Shown: positions 39,437 through 52,795, numbered from the stretch's first letter. The stretch is DNA of 64,000 nt from Terriglobia bacterium (GCA_965218585.1 CBDCLE010000004.1:32001-96000); one strand, 5' to 3'. Notes: generated from the letters alone by a model not told the origin. Numbers and translations: made by a program.

Positions 39437-40993
39437 GCTCTATGGAAGGGGCTGTCAAGAGAAACACGTCCCCGCCGAGCGGACCACCGTACCCAACACT
39501 GTCGTGGCAGCCAGCCCCTGTCTCCGTTGAGACGAACTGTTGATCCGGCATCGCAGAGAAGTCGATCACTCATCACAACGTGGTGTGGTTTCGAGAAACT
39601 GAAAAGCGCAAAGGGGTCGTGATTGCCGACCACGGTTCTATCTGAGCCTCGAGGGCTATCGCTTTTCCAGGTCGTGCGAGGGGGGATAGAGTATTACATG
39701 GGCCTTCAGCAAGCGCTGTGTGCCAACCGCGTATCGGATCCTCACCCTCGACCCTACCGTTCCGACGCCTCACCGACGACGAGCGGTCGAATGCCTCGCG
39801 CTGTCGGCAGAAGTCTGGAAACGGCTATGTCGCCAAGTTCAGTTTCTTTGCGTTAAACGTGTCTCCTTTCTTCCACATCTTCAGTGCGGTCGCTGCAATC
39901 TTCCTCGCCAGTGTCAGCCGAGCCATCTCCTTACGCTTGCCGTCTTTCTGGAGCCCCTCCAGGTAGCTTTTCCAAGGTTCGGCCCCCATGCCTCCGGTCG
40001 CCGCCCCGATGAACACATCTTTCAAACGTCGGTTGCCGTTGCGGTTCAGTCCCCGCGTGGCGATCGGCTTTCGACGACGTACCACACGACTCCCTTCCTG
40101 CTCATACTCCGCACTCATGTGCATTGCCACGGCCAGACCGCTGTAGTTCCAGAGCTGGCGTTTGGTTCGAAATCGATGCGGGGTGTCCCCCGTCGCTACA
40201 ATCAAGGCGCAACGTATCGGTCCCAACTGGGGAATCGTCTGCAATATCCCCACCGCACGATGCTTGCGGCTCTCGGTTAACATCGCCAGCTTCGCTTTTT
40301 TTCTTAACCCTCTCAGATGATCCAGCTCCTCATACAACCATCCGGTACGCCGCCGTGCACCGGTATTGGCGAGCTGTTCGATCCAGTGTTCCCGCTGCGA
40401 TGGGAGGTAGACGCCGTGGCCCGGCGTCCGGATCCCACGTCCTCGATACATTGCCTTGATCCGAACCATCGTCCGCTGCGTATCCAGGGTCAAGGTCTCA
40501 TATCCGCGGACCAGTTCTTTCAACGTCCGCGTCGCATCGTGCCCGTGGTAGACCGACCGCAGCCATCCGGCCCGGAGCAGCTCGGCCAGTTTCAGGGCAT
40601 CCACCCGGTCGGTCTTGGACCCGTCACTGAGCAGTTTGTTCCGTCTGGGATCACACACGATCACTTCGCTCACATATCCCCGGACCACGTTGTAGAGCCA
40701 TTCGGCCTGCGTGGTTTCTTCAAACGTCACGTGCAGCTCACCACTCAGACTCTCCAGCAAATCAATGATTGGCCCGGCCTGGGTCTCTACGATCTTTTCC
40801 CAGACCAGTTTGCCGTCTGCGTTTAAGACCATCACCACCGTCGTTGCCTGGTGCACATCCATGCCGATATACTTGGCCTGTTTCATTTACGTGCTCCTTT
40901 GTCTTTGAATTCAACGCAGCTACGTTGAATGGGTTGTTGTCGGGAGATTTTCCTCCTGGCAACAGCCGACAAAGGGGCGTCCTTCCTTATAGC
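39437..40993 (-). mobile_element. IS110-family (IS1111-like) element with long 3' non-coding end
   Basis: Transposase 39825-40886; imperfect sub-terminal IRs TATAAGGAAGG / TCTATGGAAGG; ends uncertain by ~10 bp. Confidence 0.8.
39825..40886 (-). CDS. IS110-family DEDD recombinase/transposase
   Basis: YIGMDVH, TFEE, KTDRVDA, QTIPQLGP, YSGLAV...S, GNRRLK, LARKI. Confidence 0.92.
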   Translation of the reverse strand: MKQAKYIGMDVHQATTVVMVLNADGKLVWEKIVETQAGPIIDLLESLSGELHVTFEETTQAEWLYNVVRGYVSEVIVCDPRRNKLLSDGSKTDRVDALKLAELLRAGWLRSVYHGHDATRTLKELVRGYETLTLDTQRTMVRIKAMYRGRGIRTPGHGVYLPSQREHWIEQLANTGARRRTGWLYEELDHLRGLRKKAKLAMLTESRKHRAVGILQTIPQLGPIRCALIVATGDTPHRFRTKRQLWNYSGLAVAMHMSAEYEQEGSRVVRRRKPIATRGLNRNGNRRLKDVFIGAATGGMGAEPWKSYLEGLQKDGKRKEMARLTLARKIAATALKMWKKGDTFNAKKLNLAT

Positions 40994-42043
40994 GTATTCT
41001 TTGGGGTGAATCCCGGGGAGGAACAAAGTACTGAACCTCCCCGCTGTTGGATGGATCGCTTATCACAGACGATCCTCGGACCCTTTCAGGACGAAAACCC
41101 GGCGTTTGCAAGACCGATGTTCCCACCCCCGTTGGATGTTCCTTTTGAAGAAAGAGCATCTGAAGATCGCAGGCCCGAAACGGAAGATTTTGACTATCTG
41201 CTTGATTATTACAACGATATCGCAGCTCGGACCATCTGGACACTATTCAGCCTGGTAGCACTGACTCTCTTTTCCTCGGGTATGTTCCGTCAACAACCAA
41301 AGTCAAAGTTGGTGGCGGCAGTTTTCGTTATCGCTGTCACCTTTTTACACCTGTTGCAGTGGACCTCACTCGCCTCCGCTTACGGTCGTCTTTACGTACC
41401 TAGCGTGGTTTTTCAAAATGTGCTGAGAACAGTGGATTTGGAACAGAATGTTCGTCTGGAAGACGAAAAATGGCCCTTTCCTGGACCTGGCTTGGACCGT
41501 GATGACGCGCTGGGTGAGCCAGTGCGGCTCACAAACTACTGGCCCATTCGTCCGGAGCAGGAGAATTCCTTCGCAGTTGCTTTCCGCTGTTTTCAAACAA
41601 GCGGTAACTCCAGAGAACTGAGACGGACACACGCTCAAGCCAGACCTGCCCCCAGGGGCGACGGAGTCACGGTTTTTGAGGGAGTCCTGTTTTCGGAGGT
41701 AATCGACCTTTGCTCGAGCACTGAGACTGAAGGAACCAGCTTCCTCGAGATCTACGATGGCTATGGAGACGTAACCGGCGACCTGAACGTGAGCGAGGCC
41801 TTAGGGGCCTTGGAGGAGTGGAGGGAACGCGAGAGCGAATTTGACATTTTGGAGGAGTTCCTGATTGATCAACGGACCGCACTGACAGAAGAATTAGGAA
41901 GCCTCGAACAAGAGGAAGGCCAACCGGGAGCACGAGAGGTAGAATTACAAGATTCGCTCAGGCAATTTGACGAGCAACTGAGTGAAGCACAGAGACAGTT
42001 GGACGAGGAACGGCAACGACTGTTGGGGCCACGAGGAATATGA
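40994..42043 (+). pseudogene. Membrane-anchored hypothetical protein with C-terminal coiled coil, 5' cut by IS110
   Basis: Long open frame with two TM helices and Glu/Gln/Leu-rich tail; ORF start falls inside the IS. Confidence 0.55.
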
Positions 42044-42095
42044 AACGAATGCTTCGGGCGGGCGAGACCGAGACCCCATGACTGTCGGACGCGTT

Positions 42096-42400
42096 AAGCG
42101 TCGCGGCTTCCCGTGACCGTTCCGGTATCCTCGTCGATTCGGACTCCGCTCCGACTTTTCCCGACCCAGAAATTGAGTGACTTCGTCCTCGAGCAGCTCC
42201 TGTAGCCAGACTTGGACCCGGGATCGCGCCCAGTCCTCCAAACCTTCATACGCGTTCGTTGACGCCACTGATGCCGGTATGTTCTTCTTCTTCATGGGTG
42301 GTGTACCTTTCTCCCGATTGCTGCCGGGATTGCTTACGGTTTCGAATTCACCGAAAGCGTACACCGCCTTCTCTTTTTACACACCGATTGGAACGACCTC
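42096..42400 (-). mobile_element. IS256 partial copy (left 305 bp)
   Basis: Matches the left end of the copies at 15622 and 48736; breaks after GKPRR. Confidence 0.92.
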
Positions 42401-42636
42401 TCGGCGGCTCCACAGGGACCTACAGCTTCGGAGTATCGCTAAGTGCACCAGCGAAATGAGTGACTAGCGCCTTCGTAGCAACGTTCCCAGCCTCAGAGAA
42501 CCCAGAGATCCACAGTTCCTGCCGGGACGCGCTGCTTAGCCTTATACCCGGTAGAACTCTAGTCCGCGGCAAACAAGCCGCTATAGAGATCGAAGCTGGC
42601 GAGGGTCAAACCGGATACTTGCAAGCGTCCCGCCTT

Positions 42637-43068
42637 TCAGTCTTCTCCCTCGTCTTCGACTTCCTCAAGAATCTCATCCAGAATCGGAATGTTCTCCGCA
42701 TCCGGCGAACCTGACGGAAGCGACAGGATGTAAGCATAAATATCAGCCAGGTTCTGGTCCGTCGCCTCGTCCTGCTGGTAGGGGGGCATTCGCCTCGGAT
42801 TGGATGGGTTGCGCAGGTATGCGATGAACCCCTCTTGTGTCCTGAACATCGGGTTCAGGCGCGGAGCCAGTCCGGTCTCGCCCGTGTATCCGTGGCACCC
42901 GTAGCAGGTATAAGTCTTAAACAACTCAGCACCGTTCTCCGAATCGCCGGTGAGGTCTCCCGGACCCTGTGCCCCGGCCGGGATGACGGGTAAAGTCATC
43001 GCGATAGCCATAAGGAGAACGATCCACATTCCATTGGCCGAATAGATCAGATCAACAATTCGTTTCAC
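42637..43068 (-). CDS. Monoheme c-type cytochrome
   Basis: Signal peptide, CYGCH, MPPY axial Met, ADIYAYI. Confidence 0.88.
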   Translation of the reverse strand: MKRIVDLIYSANGMWIVLLMAIAMTLPVIPAGAQGPGDLTGDSENGAELFKTYTCYGCHGYTGETGLAPRLNPMFRTQEGFIAYLRNPSNPRRMPPYQQDEATDQNLADIYAYILSLPSGSPDAENIPILDEILEEVEDEGED

Positions 43069-43079
43069 GTTTTCCTCCT

Positions 43080-44969
43080 TTATCTTGGCTGAGTAACGAC
43101 GTCGATCAATGCCGGTTCACCCGCCCGGACACGCTCCAGTGCAGCGGCAAGTGCAGGACGCAGGTCGTTCGGGTTATCGATCGGGCCCGAGCTGTACATA
43201 CCGTACGCCTTGGCCATCTGTGCATAGTCGATGTTCGGGTCCTTGATTGTAGTACCGATGTCGGCCCGATCCACACCGCGATTCCGGGCTGCACACTGCT
43301 GCTGCAGGAACATAGTTTCCTGATGATATGCACGATTGTTGTGCACGATGGTGAGCAGGGGGATCTCGTGATGGCAGGCAGTCCACAGAATTCCCGGTGC
43401 ATAGTTCAGGTCGCCGTCGCAATTGATGTTGACCGTCAACCGGCCATACTTTCTGTTCGCGAGGGCCGCACCAACCGACGCGGGAGCCGTATAGCCGATG
43501 CCGCCGCCACCCTGACCTCCAATGGCATGGTAAGTCTTGTTCATATCCCACAGACGACCGGGCCAGCCGCCGATGAACCCTTGTGGTGAAGTAAATGACC
43601 AGTCGTCGCTCTGGATCAGCGGCCAGAGTTCGCCTGCGATCCGGGCCAGACTCACCGGGCTCGAGTTCCATCCATAGCGCGCGTTCGAAATCGCCCGCTT
43701 TCGGGATTCCAGATTGGCAGCTGCGACCTGGGCTCCTCTCTCTTCGAAGAAGCGTCTCCGGTCATCGGTAATGATCTTGGCGACTTCTTCTATCAGAGCA
43801 GGGAGCGTGGCTTCGGCGTCAGCAGCAATCAGGAGATCGGCATTTCCCGCTCCGTTGCTGTTCACGTTGTAATTGCTGGTGACGAGGAATTCCGTCGATG
43901 TGATCGAGATCGTCTTCACTCCTTCAACCGTGAGCTGCCCCCCACGACTCCGGACTTCGAGATTCAGGATGACGTCCGGCTGGCCCGTACCCGTCCCTGC
44001 CAGCGGGTGACGGGATGGGAAGTTCACGAATCCGCCGGTATCATTGACGGGGGCCTGAATCAATTCGGCCAGCTCCACGAGCAGATCGATACCATGCTGT
44101 GTTCGTGCCGATCGGGAGGTGTTGATTCTGGGATTTTCGGCATCAACCAGGAGGCGAGCGATCTCCCGTACCGAACCCAGATCCGCGCTCGGGAACTTGG
44201 GCATCGAAAACGACGGCACCGAGGGATTGCCTTCGAGCGGCTGCTTCTGGATCTCGGCAGTCGAAACCAGCAGCACAGGCGCCATCGGCGGTGTTGTGGC
44301 TATGGTGTAGGCACGCATGGCGGAGCGGGCGAAGCCCTCGAGGGAAGACGGCTGATCGTCCCACTTTACGAAATCGCGCACCATGGCCGCCATGTCTATG
44401 GCGTTGTGGGCCGCCACCGGGCCATCGTAGTCGAGACCCGCAACAATATAGATGGGGACACGGTCGACATATGCGTTGTACATCGCCATCGAACCGTGCT
44501 GAAGACCAATCGGACCGTGAAGCAGCGCCATCATCGGCTTGCCTTCGATCTTCGCGTAACCGTGTGCCATTGCCACTGCCGACTCTTCGTGTAATCACGT
44601 TAAGAATTCCGGCATCCGGTTATCTCCGTAATTGACCATCGATTCCTGCAATCCTTCGAAGCTGGATCCGGGATTGGAGGCACAGTATTCGAGGTCGAGC
44701 GCCCGGAGTACATCGACCATGTAGTCGGATCCCGGCTTTTCGACGATGTACTGATCGACAGCGTCGCTACGGCTGAATGCCTGTGTTTCAGTTGCGATCT
44801 GTTCTTCGGTGGGAGGCAACACGGATGGAAGGGCCGGGGTCGCTGCTTCCCCGCCCTGCGTGGGAGCTGCAAACGCTGCGGCACCCGCAGCTGCGCCGAC
44901 AGCGGCACCCTTCAAAAATCCTCGCCGATCCAGAGGATGTTTCTTTGATTTCTTCGATACCTTGGCCAC
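43080..44969 (-). CDS. Thiamine pyrophosphate-binding enzyme with Tat-like signal; single in-frame TGA at 44595-44597 (pseudogene or recoded)
   Basis: RRGFLK; NPGSSF.GLQES; FLT*LHEESAVAMAHGY; DGDLNY...HNN TPP motif; both ORFs are in the same frame. Confidence 0.85.
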
Positions 44970-45183
44970 GGTTCTATCTCCTTGCTTACCTTCACCAACA
45001 CCTGCTTTGGCTCAAAGCGGGTGCCAGCAAGCTGCTTCGGGTTTCCAGCCACACTTGATCAAATGAGAATGTCGCAGGATGCTTCGAAAACGTCGAGGGA
45101 GTCAAGACAAACAATAGGATGGATGGTGTGCTCTCGGACGGCGCCCAGAATCGCAAAGTCGAACGGAAAACCTACTTCCGCAA

Positions 45184-45909
45184 CTATTTGGTTTCCCGAG
45201 CAGCGCCGACGCTCTCGTCCCTGTCGATCTTTCCATCGAGTATGTGGACGATTCGGTGCGCGGAACGGGCGACATGATCCTCGTGCGTCACGAGAATAAT
45301 GGTGTTTCCGTCTTCGTGAAGACGCTGGAACAGCTGCATGATTTCGGCCCCCGTCTTGGAATCGAGGTTTCCTGTGGGTTCATCGGCCAAAAGAATAGAA
45401 GGACGATTGACCAGCGCCCGGGCAATCGCCACGCGTTGACGTTGGCCACCGGAAAGCTCGCTGGGCCAATGACTCTTACGGTCAACGAGTTCAACCATCT
45501 CCAGAGCTTCGAAGACGCGTTCCCTTCGCTCCTGTGCGGACATGCCGCTGTATATCAACGGCAACTCGACGTTCTGCAGTGCGCTAGCACGAGGCAGCAG
45601 ATTGAATGTTTGAAAAACGAATCCGATTTCCTTATTGCGGATATGTGCCAGCTCGTCTTCATCCATGTCGCTCGCCAGTCTTCCGTTCAGCCAGTATTGG
45701 CCCTGGGTCGGAGTGTCGAGACAACCGATCAGGTTCATCAAGGTGGACTTGCCCGAGCCGGACGGCCCCATGATGGCGACGTATTCGTTAGGCTGAATGT
45801 GAAAGGTAACGCCCTGGAGTGCGTGGATAACATTGTCCACGCCCATCGTGTAGGTCTTCCAGAGATCTTCGGTGCGGATTATCTCGCTGGCTGGTTCACG
45901 AGCTTTCAT
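45184..45909 (-). CDS. ABC transporter ATP-binding protein (MacB/LolD-like)
   Basis: [22 protein letters not shown]. Confidence 0.93.
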   Translation of the reverse strand: MKAREPASEIIRTEDLWKTYTMGVDNVIHALQGVTFHIQPNEYVAIMGPSGSGKSTLMNLIGCLDTPTQGQYWLNGRLASDMDEDELAHIRNKEIGFVFQTFNLLPRASALQNVELPLIYSGMSAQERRERVFEALEMVELVDRKSHWPSELSGGQRQRVAIARALVNRPSILLADEPTGNLDSKTGAEIMQLFQRLHEDGNTIILVTHEDHVARSAHRIVHILDGKIDRDESVGAARETK

Positions 45910-47296
45910 CGTCTTCTTCGACCTTGACCCGTGTGTCCTCCTCGAGCGTTCGAAGAACCCGGTAGCTGCCGATAACAATTTCTTCGCCTTCGGCAAGACC
46001 GTTCAATACCTGGATGTCCGTGGTACCGACGATGCCGGTCTGAACCGGGCGAAACTCGACCGCTCCATCGGACATAACAAAAACGCCTTCCTGCTCGACC
46101 TTGACGGGTTCTCCGGGCCTGGAGTTGACGAAGACGGGGTTCTGGACAAAATCCGGCACATCTGCTTCATCGAGTTCACGAATCGTCAGCGCCTGTATTG
46201 GTATCGTGACGACGTTGGACTCTCCGGCTGTTTCGATAGTTGCCGTGCACGACAAGCCCGGACGTAATTCCTCCGGAGGCTCATCCAGCGTAATGACCAC
46301 CTTGAAGTCCTTGGCTTCGTCCGTAATGGGGGTGGTGGCGACAACACCCCCGCCACCTTCAGTCAACGCGGTGTTGCCGATTTCGGAAACGTAACCGCTG
46401 AGAACACGGTTGCCCAATGCGTCCACGCGAACTTCTGTCCTCTGCCCGAGTTTGAGATTCACGATGTCGGTCTCGTCCACCCGCAGTTCGGCTGTAATCA
46501 CCGACAGGTCCGCGATCGTCATCAACGTCGTCCCGGGCTGGTTTTGCATGCCCACGATGGCGATCTCGCCTTGGTTGACCGGCAAGTAGGTAATCACTCC
46601 CGCCAGCGGAGAGGTAATCGTCGTCTTGCTCAGTTCATCCCTGGCGCGTGTCAGGGCCGCACGGTGCTGTCCCATTGCAAACGTCAAGCCGTCACGCGCG
46701 CTCAGAATACGTGCCAGTTCAGCGTCGGCCTGGCCGATGCGCGCATCCGCCGCTTCGATCTGGGCAACGGCTACCTGAAACGTCGATTCCTGTCGATCGA
46801 ATTGTTCGCGGGAGATCAGCCCTCCTTCCAATAACTCCTGGGCGCGCTTGAATTCCTGCTCCGATCGTGTAAAGTCCGCCTCGATTCGCCGTCTCTCCGC
46901 TTCGGCGCTGACCACGGATGCTTCAGCCGATCGGATCGAGGCCTCCGTCCCTTCCAGTTCAGACGCCGCTGCGTCCAGGCTCGCCTCCGCGCTCAACACT
47001 GCGGATTCGGTCTGCACCGATTCGATCTGCGCCAGAAACTCCGACTCTTCTACACTATCGCCTTCGCTCACCGGCAGGTTCACGATGCGACCAAAAGCGT
47101 TTGAGCTGATGTTGACGTACTGCTTAGGCCGGATCTCACCGTTGGCCGTAACGGACTGCACAAGGTCCTGCCGGGCCACACGCTCCGTTTCGACCGTCAC
47201 GATCTCGCGGTTCCGGCGCGCGACGGCAAAAGCTACTGCCCCACCGACAATGGCGACGAGGATCACGGCAATTAGAAGCTTCTTCATCAGGTTCAT
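45896..47296 (-). CDS. Efflux periplasmic adaptor (MacA/HlyD family)
   Basis: N-terminal TM, lipoyl-like halves, long hairpin, [20 protein letters not shown]. Confidence 0.9.
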   Translation of the reverse strand: MNLMKKLLIAVILVAIVGGAVAFAVARRNREIVTVETERVARQDLVQSVTANGEIRPKQYVNISSNAFGRIVNLPVSEGDSVEESEFLAQIESVQTESAVLSAEASLDAAASELEGTEASIRSAEASVVSAEAERRRIEADFTRSEQEFKRAQELLEGGLISREQFDRQESTFQVAVAQIEAADARIGQADAELARILSARDGLTFAMGQHRAALTRARDELSKTTITSPLAGVITYLPVNQGEIAIVGMQNQPGTTLMTIADLSVITAELRVDETDIVNLKLGQRTEVRVDALGNRVLSGYVSEIGNTALTEGGGGVVATTPITDEAKDFKVVITLDEPPEELRPGLSCTATIETAGESNVVTIPIQALTIRELDEADVPDFVQNPVFVNSRPGEPVKVEQEGVFVMSDGAVEFRPVQTGIVGTTDIQVLNGLAEGEEIVIGSYRVLRTLEEDTRVKVEEDDESS

Positions 47297-47371
47297 ACAT
47301 CTTTGACGGACCGGGAGGCGAAAAAGTTCCCTATCCAGCCATAGCTACGTAGCAAAAGTTCATCAACAGCG

Positions 47372-48736
47372 GAGGTCATTACAAAAGGTGTGTAAAAGTC
47401 ATCAGGCGGCGGCCTTCGATTTCATCACGACTCTGATGCCGTCAGCGAATTGCTGACCATCATAGACCTCTTGTAAGAGTTCGGATCCTTTTAAGTGTCG
47501 CCAAGCCTTCTCAGCGACACGTAGTAGCTTCCAGATCATTGCCGTTGCATTCTCGACACGCTTGAATCGGCGAGCGGCGTTGGTGCGGAGGCGAACCATG
47601 TCGAAGGGCGATTCGACGATGTTGGTTGTTCTCAGATGCACCCAGTGTTGTTTCGGGAACTCATAGAAAGTAATCATCCGGTCCCAGTCCCGCAACAGCG
47701 TCTCACCCGCTTTGGGATAGTTCTTCTCATATCGGCGGACGAACTGATCCCGCTTTCGTTCGCAGGCCGCGCGGGAGTTCGCGAAGGCCATCCCATGGAG
47801 CAGCTGTCTGGCCGCGGGCTGCTCGGTCTTCGGCAGATGATCGACCACGTTGATCGACTTGTGGTTCCAGCAGCGTTGTTCCTGGCCCTGGGGCTGTTGC
47901 TCGGCCAGCGCGGACCAGATGCCCAGGTGACCGTCCGCGACAGTCAGCCGTCCCAGCTTCAGGCCCCGTCTCTGGAGATTGCGCAGAATGCGGCTCCAGG
48001 ACTCCTTGCTTTCCCGCTGCCCGCTCTCACAGGCCAACAGCACTTTGCGCCCGTCTGACAAGGCTCCGATGATCACCAGCAATGCCGCTCGCTCTTTCGC
48101 GATCCCCGCTTTCACGTACAAGCCGTCTGCCCACTGGTACACGACCTCGAGGCCGGACAGGTCCTGCTGGACCCACTCGTCATACTCCAACTGCCAGGTC
48201 GATTTCAGTCGTTGGATCGATGCTCGCGACAACGGAGCGCCAGCGCCAAGCAGTCCGCGCATGGCCTGCTCGAAGTCCCCTGTGGCCAGACCGTGGAGGT
48301 AGAGATCGGGAAGTAGCTCGCCCAGCTGTTTCGATTTCCGTCGAAAATACGGCAGGATCTGACTCTCGAACCGCTCGGCGGTGTTTCGAACCCGAGGTCG
48401 TCGAACCTCCATCGTACCGTTCATCATTGCGAAGCGTCGCGGCTTCCCGTGACCGTTCCGGTATCCTCGTCGATTCGGACTCCGCTCCGACTTTTCCCGA
48501 CCCAGAAATTGAGTGACTTCGTCCTCGAGCAGCTCCTGTAGCCAGACTTGGACCCGGGATCGCGCCCAGTCCTCCAAACCTTCATACGCGTTCGTTGACG
48601 CCACTGATGCCGGTATGTTCTTCTTCTTCATGGGTGGTGTACCTTTCTCCCGATTGCTGCCGGGATTGCTTACGGTTTCGAATTCACCGAAAGCGTACAC
48701 CGCCTTCTCTTTTTACACACCGATTGGAACGACCTC
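47372..48736 (-). mobile_element. IS256-family element, 1365 bp, second full copy
   Basis: Same IRs; 8-bp TSD CAACAGCG (47364-71, 48737-44); about 3 substitutions seen vs the first copy. Confidence 0.95.
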
Positions 48737-49137
48737 CAACAGCGCTTCAATAAGGATACATCTGAAGCGGCGACAAGTTCACTCAATGAGACACAATTCG
48801 TCGAAAACGTTCGTAACTCGAAATAAATACCCACAGAAATCAAAGTAAATGTTTTCTCCGTTAACATCCCTCCAATAAGATTTTCGATTCACTTTAGATT
48901 TTTTTGAAAAAAGAATTTCGATTACTGATTTCGGTCAAACAGACGCTGCTGTCTTGAAACGCTTATACAGTGTGGCTTTCAACGCGTGCATCATCGACTG
49001 CTCTTAATGGTTTTTTGTTTTCAAAAGGAAATGTAATTTTTATTTTGAATTTTGTGATCACTTATCTTACAAATAACCACACAAGTTGCTTACCCAAGTT
49101 AGGTGAGCAAGTGTTGTAAAGAGAGAAAAGGACTCAT

Positions 49138-49164
49138 AGCCCCGTCGTCTGGCGGGGCTTTTTT
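49138..49164 (+). terminator. Intrinsic terminator, possibly bidirectional
   Basis: AGCCCCGTC-GTCT-GGCGGGGCT followed by a T run. Confidence 0.7.
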
Positions 49165-49188
49165 GTTGGGGGATTCTACGGACCGCCG

Positions 49189-50430
49189 TCAGTGGATAGT
49201 TTCCACTTTCTTCTTGAGGTAGTCCATCAACAAATATTGACCTAGTGTCGACGTCGAAGTGAAGTAAGCCTTCCCGCGTGCAATCTCGGTCACCTTCTTG
49301 ACGAACTCCACCAGATAGTGGTCGTTTGCCAGCATGAACGTGTTGATCAGGATGCCTGCCTTTCGGCAGATGGCCACTTCCTTGAAGGTCTCTTCGAGGA
49401 TTACCGGATCCAGACCAAAAGCATTCTTGTATATGCGCCCGTTGGGGAGGGTCATGGCCGAGGGCTTTCCGTCGGTGATCATGATGATCTGGCGCATGTC
49501 CTTCTTTTCCGCCATCAGGAGCTTCCGCGCGAGTCGCAGGCCTTCTCGCGTGTTCGTGTGGTACGGGCCTACGACAACGCGGGCGAGCTTCTTGAACGGA
49601 ATTTCCTCCGCTGAATCGTGGAACAGCACCATCCGGAGCGAATCGCCCGGATACTGTGTCCGGATCAGGTGAGACAAAGCCAGGGCGACGCGCTTGGCCG
49701 GCGTGAAGCGGTCTTCGCCATAGAGAATCATGCTGTGGCTGGTGTCGAGCATCAAGACCGTGGCACATGAGCTTTCATAGTCCGCCTGATGCACCTGAAG
49801 ATCGTCGCTCTCGAGGTTGATCGGCACTCCCAACCCTTCACGTGATATAGCGCTCAACAGGGTCTGACTGATATCGAGATTAAGCGTATCTCCGAATTCG
49901 TATGGCTTCGACGACTGGAATGCCTCCACACCGGTGGAGAGGTAGGCCGTTTCGTGACGCCCGAAGCTGCTCTTGCCCAACGAGCCGAGCAGGTGCCGCA
50001 ACGCCCGGAACCCAAGAAAGTCGATTGACTTGTCTGTGATTTCAAACCGGGCGAAGCCCGGTTCGCTTTCAGTAGGTTCCCCCTCCTGCGGCTGCGGTGG
50101 CGCGTCGCCTTCCATCTGCTCCTGCATCCATCCCTCATCCACCATTTGCCGGATCAACTCGTCCAGCATCTCGTCCATTTCCTTGGCCTCGCCCTCGGTT
50201 GGATCGTTCATCCACTCTTCCATCAGTTCAGGGGGGATCCGGCCCATTTCAACGAGCTTCTCCATGATGGCCTGTCGCAGCGCATCCATGTCTCGGGGGC
50301 GGGAAACGTCTTCAAAGCCGTACTGAAAACCGCTTTGCAAAAGGAAGTCCGAAAGAGAGTCGAGCAGGTCTTCGATACTCAGTCCGTCCAGCGGCGACGG
50401 CGTGTACTTTGTGTACTTGATCTTCGGCAT
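49189..50430 (-). CDS. VWA-domain protein, partner of adjacent AAA ATPase
   Basis: LDTSHSM MIDAS, HTNT, ITDGKPS; [12 protein letters not shown]. Confidence 0.88.
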   Translation of the reverse strand: MPKIKYTKYTPSPLDGLSIEDLLDSLSDFLLQSGFQYGFEDVSRPRDMDALRQAIMEKLVEMGRIPPELMEEWMNDPTEGEAKEMDEMLDELIRQMVDEGWMQEQMEGDAPPQPQEGEPTESEPGFARFEITDKSIDFLGFRALRHLLGSLGKSSFGRHETAYLSTGVEAFQSSKPYEFGDTLNLDISQTLLSAISREGLGVPINLESDDLQVHQADYESSCATVLMLDTSHSMILYGEDRFTPAKRVALALSHLIRTQYPGDSLRMVLFHDSAEEIPFKKLARVVVGPYHTNTREGLRLARKLLMAEKKDMRQIIMITDGKPSAMTLPNGRIYKNAFGLDPVILEETFKEVAICRKAGILINTFMLANDHYLVEFVKKVTEIARGKAYFTSTSTLGQYLLMDYLKKKVETIH

Positions 50431-50464
50431 CGGTTTGAAATCAGAATCTCATTCGACCGGTGGG

Positions 50465-51952
<1,488 letters not shown>

Positions 51953-52019
51953 AATCCCCGTCTCACGTATATCTCAAAAGAAATCATCGCTGTCAAATCC
52001 GACGCCGACACTCCTCCGG

Positions 52020-52706
52020 TCAGGACAGGTACGACACACTGAAGAAGAGGAAGTTTGCAACGAAATGTGCTGCAATCGCGCTCTCGATGCCGCTTTTCAT
52101 AAATATAAATCCCAACATCAGGCCACCACAGAAAGCTCCGCTAAAACCGTTGACGTTGTGCGCCACGGCGAACAGGAGGGACGAAAGAACCAGGGCCATG
52201 GCTCGCGGAAGAACCGAGACAAGGACCGGCCAGACAGCCTTGACGTTCTGATACAGATGCTGCAGCAGGAACAGAAGGCACGACATTATGAATAGCCTGT
52301 AAACAACCTCCTCGAAGATACTCGAATCGAAAGAAATGAGGAACGAATCGTACACGTCTTCCATGTCCCGGATCCGGGGAACAATCAGCGGGCTGTAGCG
52401 GTTGATAAAAAAGAAGAGGTAGTTGATAAGACCGATCATGACGCCGGGCAGGATGCCATAGTTGAGAAGTTCCTGAAAATTAGCCCGGGCGTCATCCGAG
52501 GTCAGTATGATGGACCCTCTCATCTCGCTCTGGTTGGCAGAATACATCCCGAAGGCCGCAAAAACGGCCACGATTCCGAAGCGTGATACCATGATCCAGA
52601 GGAGAGATTCCGACCCCCGCTCAGCGTTGAGTTCCGAAAGTACGGCGGTGCCTGCTGCGATCCCGGCGAGGACAAGGCAGAAGCCAACGACAGATTTGGG
52701 GTTCAT
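52020..52706 (-). CDS. CPBP/Abi-family intramembrane metalloprotease
   Basis: EEVVYR, LFAVAH, AIAAHFVAN. Confidence 0.82.
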   Translation of the reverse strand: MNPKSVVGFCLVLAGIAAGTAVLSELNAERGSESLLWIMVSRFGIVAVFAAFGMYSANQSEMRGSIILTSDDARANFQELLNYGILPGVMIGLINYLFFFINRYSPLIVPRIRDMEDVYDSFLISFDSSIFEEVVYRLFIMSCLLFLLQHLYQNVKAVWPVLVSVLPRAMALVLSSLLFAVAHNVNGFSGAFCGGLMLGFIFMKSGIESAIAAHFVANFLFFSVSYLS

Positions 52707-52795
52707 CGCGACCATGATACACCAAAGGAACACGAGCCACAGGGGGCGTAAAAAGCTCGATTCGCCACCGGTGAGGTCGGCGGCAGAACCCGGTC

